A DNA stretch of 64,000 nucleotides, taken from positions 57,226,001-57,290,000 of the forward strand of contig NC_082706.1 in the NCBI RefSeq assembly GCF_030144855.1, given 5' to 3'. The notes under the pieces are model-generated. The model worked only from the letters and a program-made list of their open reading frames with translations. It was not told the origin of the DNA and searched no databases. Origin of the DNA: Hypanus sabinus (taxonomy: Eukaryota). Both the position numbers and the translations under genes were made by a program. Shown one piece after another: positions 15,001 to 26,771 of the stretch (its first letter is position 1; each line of letters starts with the position of its first letter).

Positions 15001-18000
15001 TGACAGTGTGATGTATCTCAGTATCTCCCCTCTGTCAGTGTGATGTATCTCAGTATCTCCCCTCTGACAGTGTGATGTATCTCAGTATCTCCCCTCTGAC
15101 AGTGTGATGTATCTCAGTATCTACCCTCTGACAGTGTGATGTATCTCAGTATCTCCCCTCTGTCAGTGTGATGTATCTCAGTATCTCCCCTCTGACAGTG
15201 TGATGTCTCTCAGTATCTCCCCTCTGTCAGTGTGATGTATCTCAGTATCTCCCCTCTGACAGTGTGATGTCTCTCAGTATCTCCCCTCTGACAGTGTGAT
15301 GTATCTCTCTATCTCCCCTCTGACAGTGTGATGTATCTCTCTATCTCCCCTCTGACAGTGTGATGTCTCTCAGTATCTCCCCTCTGACAGTGTGATGTAT
15401 CTCAGTATCTCCCCTCTGACAGTGTGATGTCTCTCAGTATCTCCCCTCTGACAGTGTGATGTATCTCTCTATCTCCCCTCTGACAGTGTGATGTCTCTCA
15501 GTATCTCCCCTCTGACAGTGTGATGTATCTCAGTATCTCCCCTCTGTCAGTGTGATGTATCTCAGTATCTCCCCTCTGACAGTGTGATGTATCTCAGTAT
15601 CTCCCCTCTGACAGTGTGATGTATCTCAGTATCTACCCTCTGACAGTGTGATGTATCTCAGTATCTCCCCTCTGTCAGTGTGATGTATCACAGTATCTCC
15701 CCTCTGACAGTGTGATGTCTCTCAGTATCTCCCCTCTGTCAGTGTGATGTATCTCAGTATCTCCCCTCTGACAGTGTGATGTCTCTCAGTATCTCCCCTC
15801 TGACAGTGTGATGTATCTCTCTATCTCCCCTCTGACAGTGTGATGTATCTCTCTATCTCCCCTCTGACAGTGTGATGTCTCTCAGTATCTCCCCTCTGAC
15901 AGTGTGATGTATCTCAGTATCTCCCCTCTGACAGTGTGATGTCTCTCAGTATCTCCCCTCTGACAGTGTGATGTATCTCTCTATCTACCCTCTGACAGTG
16001 TGATGTATCTCAGTATCTCCCCTCTGTCAGTGTGATGTATCTCAGTATCTCCCCTCTGACAGTGTGATGTATCTCAGTATCTCCCCTCTGACAGTGTGAT
16101 GTATCTCAGTATCTCCCCTCTGACAGTGTGATGTATCTCAGTATCTCCCCTCTGACAGTGTGATGTATCTCAGTAACTCCCCTCTGACAGTGTGATGTCT
16201 CTCTCTATCTCCCCTCTGACAGTCTGATGTATCTCAGTATCTCCCCTCTGACAGTGTGATGTCTCTCTCTATCTCCCCTCTGTCAGTGTGATGTATCTCA
16301 GTATCTCCCCTCTGACAGTGTGATGTATCTCAGTAACTCCCCTCTGACAGTGTGATGTCTCTCTCTATCTCCCCTCTGACAGTCTGATGTATCTCAGTAT
16401 CTCCCCTCTGACAGTGTGATGTCTCTCTCTATCTCCCCTCTGTCAGTGTGATGTATCTCAGTATCTCCCCTCTGACAGTGTGATGTATCTCAGTATCTCC
16501 CCTCTGACAGTGTGATGTCTCTCTCTATCTCCCCTCTGACAGTGTGATGTATCTCAGTATCTCCCCTCTGACAGTGTGATGTATCTCAGTATCTCCCCTC
16601 TGACAGTGTGATGTCTCTCTCTATCTCCCCTCTGACAGTCTGATGTATCTCAGTATCTCCCCTCTGACAGTGTGATGTCTCTCTCTATCTCCCCTCTGTC
16701 AGTGTGATGTATCTCAGTATCTCCCCTCTGACAGTGTGATGTATCTCAGTATCTCCCCTCTGACAGTGTGATGTCTCTCTCTATCTCCCCTCTGACAGTG
16801 TGATGTATCTCAGTATCTCCCCTCTGACAGTATGATGTATCTCAGTATCTCCCCTCTGACAGTGTGATGTATCTCAGTAACTCCCCTCTGACAGTGTGAT
16901 GTCTCTCTCTATCTCCCCTCTGACAGTGTGATGTATCTCAGTATCTCCCCTCTGACAGTGTGATGTATCTCAGTATCTCCACTCTGACAGTGTGATGTAT
17001 CTCAGTATCTCCCCTCTGACATTGTGATGTATCTCAGTATCTCCCCTCTGACAGTGTGATGTATCTCAGTATCTCCCCTCTGACAGTGTGATGTATCTCA
17101 GTATCTCCCCTCTGACAGTGTGATGTATCTCAGTATCTCCCCTCTGACAGTGTGATGTATCTCAGTATCTCCCCTCTGACAGTGTGATGTATCTCTCTAT
17201 CTCCCCTCTGACAGTGTGATGTATCTCTCTATCTCCCCTCTGTCAGTGTGATGTATCTCAGTATCTCCCCTCTGACAGTGTGATGTATCTCAGTATCTCC
17301 CCTCTGACAGTGTGATGTATCTCAGTATCTCCCCTCTGACAGTGTGATGTATCTCAGTAACTCCCCTCTGACAGTGTGATGTCTCTCTCTATCTCCCCTC
17401 TGACAGTCTGATGTATCTCAGTATCTCCCCTCTGACAGTGTGATGTCTCTCTCTATCTCCCCTCTGTCAGTGTGATGTATCTCAGTATCTCCCCTCTGAC
17501 AGTGTGATGTATCTCAGTATCTCCCCTCTGACAGTGTGATGTATCTCAGTATCTCCCCTCTGACAGTGTGATGTCTCTCAGTATCTCCCCTCTGTCAGTG
17601 TGATGTATCTCAGTATCTCCCCTCTGACAGTGTGATGTATCTCAGTATCTCCCCTCTGACAGTGTGATGTATCTCAGTATCTCCCCTCTGACAGTGTGAT
17701 GTATCTCAGTATCTCCCCTCTGACAGTGTGATGTATCTCAGTATCTCCCCTCTGACAGTGTGATGTATCTCAGTAACTCCCCTCTGACAGTGTGATGTCT
17801 CTCTCTATCTCCCCTCTGACAGTCTGATGTATCTCAGTATCTCCCCTCTGACAGTGTGATGTCTCTCTCTATCTCCCCTCTGTCAGTGTGATGTATCTCA
17901 GTATCTCCCCTCTGACAGTGTGATGTATCTCAGTATCTCCCCTCTGACAGTGTGATGTCTCTCTCTATCTCCCCTCTGGCAGTCTGATGTATCTCAGTAT

Positions 18001-18808
18001 CTCCCCTCTGACAGTGTGATGTCTCTCTCTATCTCCCCTCTGTCAGTGTGATGTATCTCAGTATCTCCCCTCTGACAGTGTGATGTATCTCAGTATCTCC
18101 CCTCTGACAGTGTGATGTCTCTCTCTATCTCCCCTCTGACAGTGTGATGTATCTCAGTATCTCCCCTCTGACAGTATGATGTATCTCAGTATCTCCCCTC
18201 TGTCAGTGTGATGTATCTCAGTAACTCCCCTCTGACAGTGTGATGTCTCTCTCTATCTCCCCTCTGACAGTGTGATGTATCTCAGTATCTCCCCTCTGAC
18301 AGTGTGATGTATCTCAGTATCTCCCCTCTGACAGTGTGATGCATCTCAGTATCTCCCCTCTGACAGTGTGATGTATCTCAGTATCTCCCCTCTGACAGTG
18401 TGATGTATCTCAGTATCTCCCCTCTGACAGTGTGATGTATCTCAGTATCTCCCCTCTGACAGTGTGATGCATCTCAGTATCTCCCCTCTGACACTGTGAT
18501 GTATCTCAGTATCTCCCCTCTGACAGTGTGATGTATCTCAGTATCTCCCCTCTGACAGTGTGATGTATCTCAGTATCTACCCTCTGACAGTGTGATGTAT
18601 CTCAGTATCTCCCCTCTGACAGTGTGATGTATCTCAGTATCTCCCCTCTGACAGTGTGATGTATCTCAGTATCTCCCCTCTGACAGTGATGTATCTCAGT
18701 ATCTCCCCTCTGACAGTGTGATGTATCTCAGTATCTCCCCTCTGACAGTGAGATGTATCTCAGTATCTCCCCTCTGACAGTCTGATGTATCTCAGTATCT
18801 CCCATCTG
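1..18808. repeat. Large 32-bp-unit minisatellite/satellite array (~590 units, runs off the window start)
   Basis: Consensus TCTCAGTATCTCCCCTCTGACAGTGTGATGTA. Period checked directly (CAGTGTGATG at 301 and 333). Variant units occur in repeated blocks. The array ends at ...CTCCCATCTGG ~18808. Confidence 0.98.
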
Positions 18809-19104
18809 GTGGTTTACTCCTGTTCATAGCAGCATGGAGACAATTCATCCTTCAATGAAGCTTTTTAAAGAGCCTTTTGACCTTGGGCAAGCATGTCTTG
18901 CTCTCTACTGTCTGGCTGCTCCCCCTTCAAGGTGGGGTGGGGCGAATTGCAGGGACTCTGAGGATATGACAGGTGTTATAGAAAAGCAATTCCTGCTGTT
19001 TGTTTAATGATGAGACAGCACCATTAGAGAGAAATATGGAGTTGAGAATATTGATGGACAGAGGGAATTTATCAGATAGGGAACTGGAAGGCATTACCAA
19101 GTAG

Positions 19105-19300
19105 CTGAGCAACTCACACAGAATGCTGGAGAAGCTCAGCATGTCAGGTAGCATCTCTGCAGAGGATTAACCTGTCCATATTTCAGATGTGACCCTTCCT
19201 TTCCAGTGCTGATGAAGGCTCTCAGGCCAAAACACTGACTGTTTATTCCCGTCGACAGATGCTACTTGACTTGCTGAGTGTTGCTCGGGATTTCCAGCAG
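19105..19300. mobile_element. Penelope-derived fold-back element with a degenerate minimal hammerhead motif
   Basis: Inverted arms CTCAGCATGTCAGGTAGCATCT / AGATGCTACTTGACTTGCTGAG. Internal CTGATGA-AGGCTCTCAGGCC-AAAAC at 19209 resembles the CUGANGA...GAAAC core, with G changed to A. Confidence 0.55.
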
Positions 19301-19535
19301 AGCCACATGTTTATGCCAGGTTACTAACGTTCTTACACTGCATTATACTAAGCTGTGACCTGTATGAATTGGAAACCCACAGAGTTCAGGACTAAACAAG
19401 GAACTGCAGATGCTTAGATCTTTGTTGGAAGAACATTGCAGGCCAATCACCATCTGCGGATAATGTCCTGGTTGACATTTTTATACTGAATACCAAGCAT
19501 ATTTTGTTACTGCTGTAATATTACAATTTACTTAC

Positions 19536-19877
19536 CAGTAACATGCAGCTGTGTTATGGAGCGATAACTATATTGATTCTGGTTTTTAAATTTAATGCTG
19601 AAAGTGTAAGGACCTTCATCTTCCTGTGTAATTTTGTTTATAACCAGGGAACAGTTGCCGTCTTCCAGGTCTCCATCCAGCCGCGTCCGATGTTTGAACT
19701 TCGGTGACACTTTATTGTGATCCGTGGAGTGGATCTGATTCCCTCCTTTAACCCAGATTCCATCCCGTGTTTCATTTGCCAGACACGATGGGTAAGAGTA
19801 GTGACAGGGAATCCAAGCGCACATTCCCCTCTGCACTGTGACACTTGCTTTCATGTTAACTCTCCACATGTTTGATG
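19536..19877 (-). CDS. Siglec-like V-set Ig domain exon (V3); essential Arg replaced by Ser
   Basis: Acceptor TTTTTTCATCTGTAG|CA, donor ACTG|GTAAGT, 342 nt, phase 1-1. SVTVQRGMCAWIPC...GIW...DGNCSLVI...DEGPYTFSIKF...YSY...QLHVT matches the CD33-type V-set pattern (E-strand Cys, F-strand YxF in place of YxC). Confidence 0.88.
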
Positions 19878-20490
19878 CTACAGATGAAAAAAGTAGGAAC
19901 ATTTAACACTGCCTGATAACCCCACCCATCTCCATATTCAAACCAGTGGGTGTCCACTCCAGATGCTGATCACATATCCCAGGCTGACATCCCCTGCACT
20001 GGAACCGGGGTCTTCGTCCAGATCCAAATCACCTACACACTGGGGCAATTTATCACAGCCAACCAATTAATCTAGAATCCCAAGCTGTCAAAGGGACAGC
20101 GTCCATAGAGGTTGTTGCCCACTGGGGTATTGGAGTTTTGAGGTACAACTCCAATCACCATGCACCATGCCGTCTACTGGAAACTAGGAACCCCAAGTAA
20201 TATTCCCGTGTTTCTGTTTCCCTTCCACTTCGATCGTACTTCCCCTCTGAGGACTTTCAATGGGCAACATTGAGAAGCCTGCTTCACTACCTCGACGAAG
20301 CGCTCTGGCCCCTTGTTGGGCAGCTGTAACTGGTGGCCCATCACTGTAAACCAGAAAGGACATGGAAGACATTGCCAAGTCACTGATTGTCCAAAACTGC
20401 ATTTACTAAGCTGTAAAAAGTACCAGCAGAATTGGTAAAGCTCTCCACTGACAGCTGATCAACAACTAATTAATTATATAAGGCACTCAC

Positions 20491-20832
20491 CAGTAATGCG
20501 GAGTTGCGTTATGGAGTGGTGGACAAACTGCTCCCCTTTTCCGAGTTCAGTTTTAAAGTAATAAGTGCCTTCATCCTTCTCTGTGACGTTGTCAATAATT
20601 AGGGAACAGTCACCATTCTTCAGATCTCCAGACAGCTGGATCCGATGGTGAAACCCTGGTGACTTACGATTGGGATCACTGGAGTTGAAGATGACTGTTT
20701 TGTTCGAGCACTCATCTTTCAGCCAGATTCCATCTCGGGTCTTGCCCGATTTGTATCGGCATGGAATTAAGGCACAGAGCCCCTTCTGTGCCGTCACAAC
20801 TGTCGGAGTATTGACTTCGCTTTGCCCTGACC
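20491..20832 (-). CDS. Siglec-like V-set Ig domain exon (V2); essential Arg replaced by Lys
   Basis: Acceptor TTATTTCCCTCTCAG|GG (an alternative in-phase AG lies 6 nt downstream), donor ACTG|GTGAGT, 342 nt, phase 1-1. VVTAQKGLCALIPC...GIWL...NGDCSLIIDNVTEKDEGTYYFKTEL...QLRIT. Confidence 0.88.
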
Positions 20833-21084
20833 CTGAGAGGGAAATAACTGATGTTAGGTATTGGATGGCCTGTCGATCCACCGATCCTTCATCCATGTGC
20901 TCAGGTCTCCAACCCCTGATGCCATATTCTGGGTTGCCAGAACTGAGGGCTGGCACAGTGTGGAAGGGGTTGCTGTGGAGGTTCAGCAGATGAAAGCAGA
21001 CAGCACCAAGGAAGCACTGCATTATGGGAGGGACGGAGCTGAAGGGGCAGTACTGAGCAAATACCACTCTGAAGAATGGGTGGA

Positions 21085-22130
21085 AAAGTCTCCATGACCT
21101 GACCAGACTTTATGTGAAGCTGGTGCAGCAATTGTAGGGGCCCGAGCAGAGATATTAAAACATCCTTAGCCACGGGTGAAAATGCCAGAGGATTGGAGGA
21201 TAGCTAATGTTTTTCTGTTGTTTAAAAAAGGCTGTAAGGATCAGCCAGGAAATTGTAGGCCAGTGAGCCTGACATGGGTAAGTTAGTGGCAGCTGTTCTA
21301 AGGGACTGGATATGTCAGTATTTGTATAGACAGGGACAAATTGAGGATCGTCAAAATGGCTTTGCACGTGGTGAGTCATGTCTAAGTAATATCTCAGTGT
21401 ATTTTGAGGAAGGTACCAGGAATGTTGATGAAGGTAAGGTGGTGGATGTTGTCTCCATGGACTTCAGCAAGGCTTTTGACAAGGTTCCACATGGGAGACT
21501 GGTCAAGAAGGTTCAGTCGCTTGGCATTCAGGATTGGGCGGTGAATTACATTGGACGTAGACTTTGTGGGAGAAGCCAGTGAGTGGGGTGGTAGCTGATT
21601 GCCTTTTTGACTGAAGGGCTGCAACTAATAGTGTGGCACAGGGATCAACGCTGTTTCCATCATCATTTGTCATCTATATCAATGATCTGAGTGGTAACTG
21701 GATCAGCAAAGTTACGGATGAAACCAATAATGGAGCATAGTTGACAGTGAGAAAGGCTAGCAAAGCTTACAGCATGATCTGTACTCGCCGAAAAATGGCA
21801 AATGGAATTTAATGCAGGCAAGAGTGAAGGACACCAAGGGGGGACTTCCATAGTCAGGTCCCGAAGAGTGCAGTAGAACAGAGGGACCTGGGAATACAGG
21901 TGTATAATTCCTTGAAAGTGGCATCACAGGCTGATAGGATTGTAAAGAGGGCTTTTGACATTTTGGCCTTTGTATCAATCAATAGAGAGTTGGAATGTTA
22001 TGTTGTTGTTATGTAACAAATTGGTAATTCATAACTTGGAGCACTGTGTGCAGTTCTGGTCGCCGACCTATAGGAACTGTATCAATAAGGTTGAAAGGGT
22101 AGAGTGAAAATTTGCAAATATGAACAACAT
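21085..22130 (+). mobile_element. CR1 LINE ORF2 (RT) fragment, degenerate
   Basis: GFARGESCLSN...VDVVSMDFSKAFDKVPHGRL in the 21274..21582 ORF, with stops and frameshifts on either side. Confidence 0.9.
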
Positions 22131-22204
22131 TAGTTATCCTCTGATTCCCGGTACTTCACCTAGTGGGGTTGAGTCAGCCTCCAGTCTGACTGTATGCTGT
22201 TTGG

Positions 22205-22790
22205 GAGAGTGTGAGAGTGAGTGTGAGAATGAGTGTGAGAGTGAGTGTGAGAATGTGTGAGAGTGTGTGAGTGTGAGAATGAGAATGAGAGTGAGTGTAA
22301 GAGTGAGTGTGAGAATGTGTGAGTGTGTGAGTGTGAGAATGAGAATGAGAGTGAGTGTAAGAGTGAGTGTGAGAATGTGTGAGAGCGTGTGAGTGTGAGA
22401 ATGAGAATGAGAGTGTGTGAGAGTGAGTGTGAGAGTGAGTGTGAGAATGAGTGTGAGAATGTGTGAGAGTGAGTGTGAGAATGAGTGTGAGAGTGAGTGT
22501 GAGAATGGGTGTGAGAGTCAGTGTGAGAATGAGAATGAGAGTGTGTGAGAATGTGTGAGAGTGAGTGTGAGAGTGAGTGTGAGTGTGTGAGAGTGAGTGT
22601 GAGAATGTGTGAGAGTGTGTGAGAATGTGTGAGAATGTGTGAGAGTGAGTGTGAGAATGAGTGTGAGAGTGAGTGTGAGTGTGAGAATGTGTGAGAGTGT
22701 GTGAGAGTGAGTGTGAGAATGAGAATGAGAGTGTGTGAGAATGTGTGAGAGTGAGTGTGAGAGTGAGTGTGAGAGTGATTGTGAGAGAGA
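22205..22790. repeat. Compound GA/GT microsatellite (GAGTGT/GAGAAT/GAGAGT units)
   Basis: Near C-free run of GTGAGAGTGAGTGTGAGAAT-like motifs. It produces the spurious His/Ser/Thr ORFs on the minus strand. Confidence 0.95.
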
Positions 22791-23399
22791 GGTTTGGTTG
22801 GTTTGTCCATTTGTTCAATTTTAAATTTCAAATGAGCCCGCATTTATAACATGTGTTTGGTCGCATTGCACGTTGGAACTTTATTCTGGCCTTCCCCTTG
22901 TTTTGGGCAACCATTTTTTCTTGCCTTTGCAAAACTAGTTTGTTAGCGTTAGCAGCAATAGATGTGCTTGCAATGTTTTTCAAAGACCAAAAAACTGATA
23001 ACTAAAATAACGGCCAAGTTATTGCAGGCTCAACAAGGCGGGACTAAGAGTTGCTTCGCAGTGCAGTTTACCGGCAGAGAGAGCAGAGTTTACCAGCTTT
23101 GGCTGGAGGCTTCAGTGGAGAGGCACAGGTGAATAGCTGGTAAAGCTTTTGCAGTGGTTGAATAAAAGTGTCATCAAACGACAACTGATCAATATAGTAA
23201 GGAAGATGCAGGATCAGGTGATGCACTGTAGCTGCATGATGTGGGAGCTGGTGGACCCCATTGCGTTTTCTGGTGACCACATCTGCAGCAAGTGTTGTCT
23301 GCTCGAGGAACTTGGGCTCAACGTTGATGACCTGGGATCTAAGCTTCAAACACTGCAGCACATCAGGGAGGGGGAGAGTTACCTGGATCCCCTTTTTCA

Positions 23400-24240
23400 G
23401 TCCAGTCCAGTCCGGGCTCCGAGTCCCAGTCCAGTCCGGGCTCTGTTCCAGTCCAGTCCGGGCTCCGAGTCTCAGTCCAGTCCGGGCTCTGAGTTCAAGT
23501 CCAGTCCGGCCTCCGAGTTCCAGTCCAGTCCGGGCTCTGAGTTCAAGTCCAGTCCGGCCTCCGAGTTCAAGTCCAGTCCGGTCAGGACTCCGAGTCCCAG
23601 TCCAGTCCGGCCTCCGAGTTCAAGTCCAGTCCGGGCTCTGAGTTCCAGTCCAGTCCGGGCTCCGAGTTCCAGTCCAGTCCGGCCTCCGAGTTCCAGTCCA
23701 GTCCGGCCTCTGAGTTCCAGTCCAGTCCAGCCTCTGAGTTCCAGTCCAGTCCAGCCTCCGAGTTCCAGTCCAGTCCGGCCTCCGAGTTCCAGTTCAATCC
23801 GGCCTCCAAGTCCCAGTCCAGTCCAGCCTCCGAGTCCCAGACCAGTCCGGCCTCCGAGTTCCAGTCCAGTCCGGCCTCCGAGTTCCAGTCCAGTCCGGCC
23901 TCCGATTTCCAGTCCAGTCCGGGCTCCGAGTTCCAGTCCAGTCCGGCCTCCGAGTTCCAGTTCAATCCGGCCTCCGAGTTCCAGTCCAGTCCGGGCTCCG
24001 AGTCCCAGTCCAGTCCGGCCTCCGAGTTCCAGTTCAATCCGGCCTCCGAGTCCCAGTCCAGTCCAGCCTCCGAGTCCCAGTCCAGTCCAGCCTCCGAGTC
24101 CCAGTCCAGTCAGGGCTCCGAGTTCCAGTCCAGTCGAGGCTTCATGTCCCGTCCGAGACCAGGCTCTGTTTCCCAGTCCAGTCAAGTCAAGTCCGAGTCT
24201 GGGCTCTGAGATCCAAGTCCAAGTCAGGTCCCAGTCCAAG
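23400..24240. repeat. 24-bp-unit minisatellite inside CR1 ORF1
   Basis: Unit CCAGTCCAGTCCGGCCTCCGAGTT, ~30-35 copies. It reads SSSPVRPP in the ORF1 frame and is stop-free in several frames. Confidence 0.95.
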
Positions 24241-26208
24241 TCCTGGCACCATTCTTACTCCCTATGGGGATGAGAGTGGGGGCTGCAGGAAGGATGCGCA
24301 ACCTAACTGTGGCACCGTGTTTCAGAGACCCATTCAAGAGGGGGGAGAGAAGAGGAATATAGTTGTAATTGGGGATAGTAGAGTCAGGGGAATAGACACT
24401 CTGTTGCAGAGATAGTGTGTCCGTTGTGTAGGCTGTGTTGCCTCCCTGGTGCCTGGGTTCAGAGCATCTAATCTGACCTGGAGAGGAAAGTTCCAGTTGT
24501 CGTGTTCCACGTGGATATCAATGACATAGGGAGAGTGAGGAAATAGGTTCTGCTGAGGGAATTTGAAACGCTAGGGACTAAGTGAACAAGCAGAATCAAA
24601 GAGGTGGGAATCTCTGGATTACTACCTGAATCATGCAAATTGACGCAGGGTCAAGAAGTTTAGAGAGTTAAATGTGTGGCTGAAGGATTGGTGTGGGAGA
24701 AGTGGGTTTGAATTCATGGAGAAATGGCACCAATATTGGGGAAGGAGGGAACTGTTCCAATGGGACAGGCTCCACTTGAACCATGATGGGACCTGGATCC
24801 TGGCAAGTTGCATAACTAGGACTGTGGGTAGGGCTTTAAACTAAATAGGAGAGGGGTGGTTTCAACAGATTGGAGAAGTATGGATAAAGTAAAACAGGAA
24901 AGTGTAGATAAAGTGTAGAAAAGTGCAGACAAAGGTTACAAGGTTTTAAAAGCACAAAGAGTGTAAGGGCACTTCATCTGAATGCCCGTCGTTTTCACAA
25001 CAAGGTCAGTGAACTTGTGGCATGAAGTACAAAGAGGTGGAGAGGACTGGGAGTTAAATATCCAAGGATGTCAGGTAATACGGAAGGATAGGTAGGAAGG
25101 TAAGGGAGGTGGGGAAGCACTCTTTTAATTAAGGATGAGATCAGGGCGACAGAGGTATCATGAGGTCTAAGGAGCAAAATATTGAATCCATCTGGGTTGA
25201 GTTTAGGAATAGTATGGGAGAAAAAAAATCACTGATGTGAGTTGTCAGTAGGCCACCAAATGATAACATTACAGTGGGACGGGCAATAAACCGAGAAATA
25301 TCTGAGGCATTTAAGAATGGAACAGCAGTTATTGTGGAGGACTTTAACTTGCACACAGATTGGGTGAATCAAGTTGGTCGAGGCAGTCTTGAGGAGGACT
25401 TCATAGAATGGGTCCGTGATGGCTTTCTGGTACAGCGTGTTACTGAACCTGCAAGGGAACGTGTTATCTTAGATCCAGTCCTGTGCAATGAGACAAGTAA
25501 AATTAGCAACTTATAGTTAGGGATCCTCTTGGAAAGAGTGATCACAGTTTCTCATACATATGGAGGGTGCAATAGGTTGATCTAAAAGCAGTGTATTATG
25601 CCTAAACAAGGGAGGTTGAGGGAGGAATTGGACAGGGTAGATTAGGAACACAGTCTGTATGGTGGAATGGTTCAGGAACAGTGGAAGGCTTTCAAACAGA
25701 TTTTTCTTGGTGCTCAACAGAAGTACATTCCAGTTATAAGCAAGGACAGTATGGTGGGGAGAGCCAGCCTTGGGTAAGTAACAAAATAAAGGAAGGCATC
25801 AAACTAAAAGCTGGTGTGTACAAAGTTGCCAACAGTAGTGAGAAACTGGAAGACTGCGAAAACTTTAAAAAGCAACAAAGTACCACCAACTGAGCAATAA
25901 AGAAAGAGAAGGTAATGAAAATAAACTAGCATAAAACATAAAAGCGATTAGTAAAAGTTTTTATAATTATATAAAGTGGAAAAAGGGTGGGTAAAGTGAA
26001 TGTAGGGCCTTGGGGGATGAGAAGGGGGAATTGATATTGGGTAATGAGGAAATGGCTGAGGCTTTGAATGACTTTTGTGTCAGTCTTCACGGTGGAGGAC
26101 ACATCAAAGAGAGATGTTATGGAAGTGATGGGAGCTGAGGACCTTGATACAGTAGCTATCACTAAAGAGGTTGTGTTGAGAAAACTTGTGGGCCTAAAGC
26201 TGGACAAG

Positions 26209-26405
26209 GTCGACGTTTTGGGCCGAGACCCTTCGTCAGGATTAACTGAAAGGAAAGATAGTAAGAGATTTGAATGTAGGAGGAGGAGGGGAAAATCCTA
26301 TCATATCCTATCAATTCACAATAGTTGCTGCCTGGCCTGCTGCGTTCCACCATCAATTTGTGTGTGTTGCTTGAATTTCCAGCATCTGCAGATTTCCTCG
26401 TGTTT
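26209..26405 (-). mobile_element. Penelope-type terminal-repeat fragment with a minimal hammerhead-like motif, inserted in CR1
   Basis: The minus strand reads CTGACGA-AGGGTCTCGGCCC-AAAA-CGTCGAC. The element also carries the CTGGCCTGCTGCGTTCCACCA...GAATTTCCAGCATCTGCAGATTTCCTCGTGTT tail shared with the element at 31085-31281. Confidence 0.6.
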
Positions 26406-26771
26406 GCCTTTTGTGTCATTTACTTGGATTTCAAAAAGGCTTTTGACGAAGGGCCACATAAATGACCGATCTATAAGCTAAAGGTGCAGAGAGTCGGGGT
26501 GATGTATTAGCATGGACAGAGGATTGGTTAACCAATAAAAAGCAGAGAGTTGGGTGTTACCCTGTTTGGCAATCAGTGGTGAGTGGTGTGCTACAGTGGT
26601 CAGTGCTGGCCCACAACTGTTCACGATCTGCAAGAGGGACCGAGTGTAATGTATCTAAGTTTGCTGATGACACGAAATTGAATGGGAAAGCAAATTGTGC
26701 AGAGGACATGGAGAGTCTACAGACACCTATAGATAGGTTAAGTGAGGGAGCAAATGTCTGGAAGATGGAGT

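Larger units (their letters stand above)
23050..26770 (+). mobile_element. Near full-length decayed CR1 LINE: ORF1 zinc-finger/coiled-coil plus SGNH esterase, then ORF2 endonuclease and RT
   Basis: VMHCSCMMWE...HICSKCCLLEEL (ORF1 N-terminus); IVVIGDSRVRGID at ~24360 (GDSL esterase); LHLNARR at ~24970 (APE start); AVIVEDFNLH; RT motif SKFADDTK at ~26660. Interrupted by a 24-bp minisatellite and by a Penelope-type insert at ~26209-26405. Confidence 0.85.

Noticed and set aside
1-18808. CRISPR-like array suggested by the ~32-bp periodicity
   Set aside because: Units are directly adjacent with no unique spacers, the context is vertebrate, and no cas genes are present.
20833-21067. N-terminal extension of the 197-aa ORF as a signal peptide for V2
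   Set aside because: The hydrophobic stretch is weak and far from the domain, and a good phase-1 acceptor lies at 20832, so this is most likely open intron sequence.
22160-22843. His/Ser/Thr-rich 227-aa and 214-aa ORFs
   Set aside because: Translation of a compound microsatellite; no splice or codon evidence of a gene.
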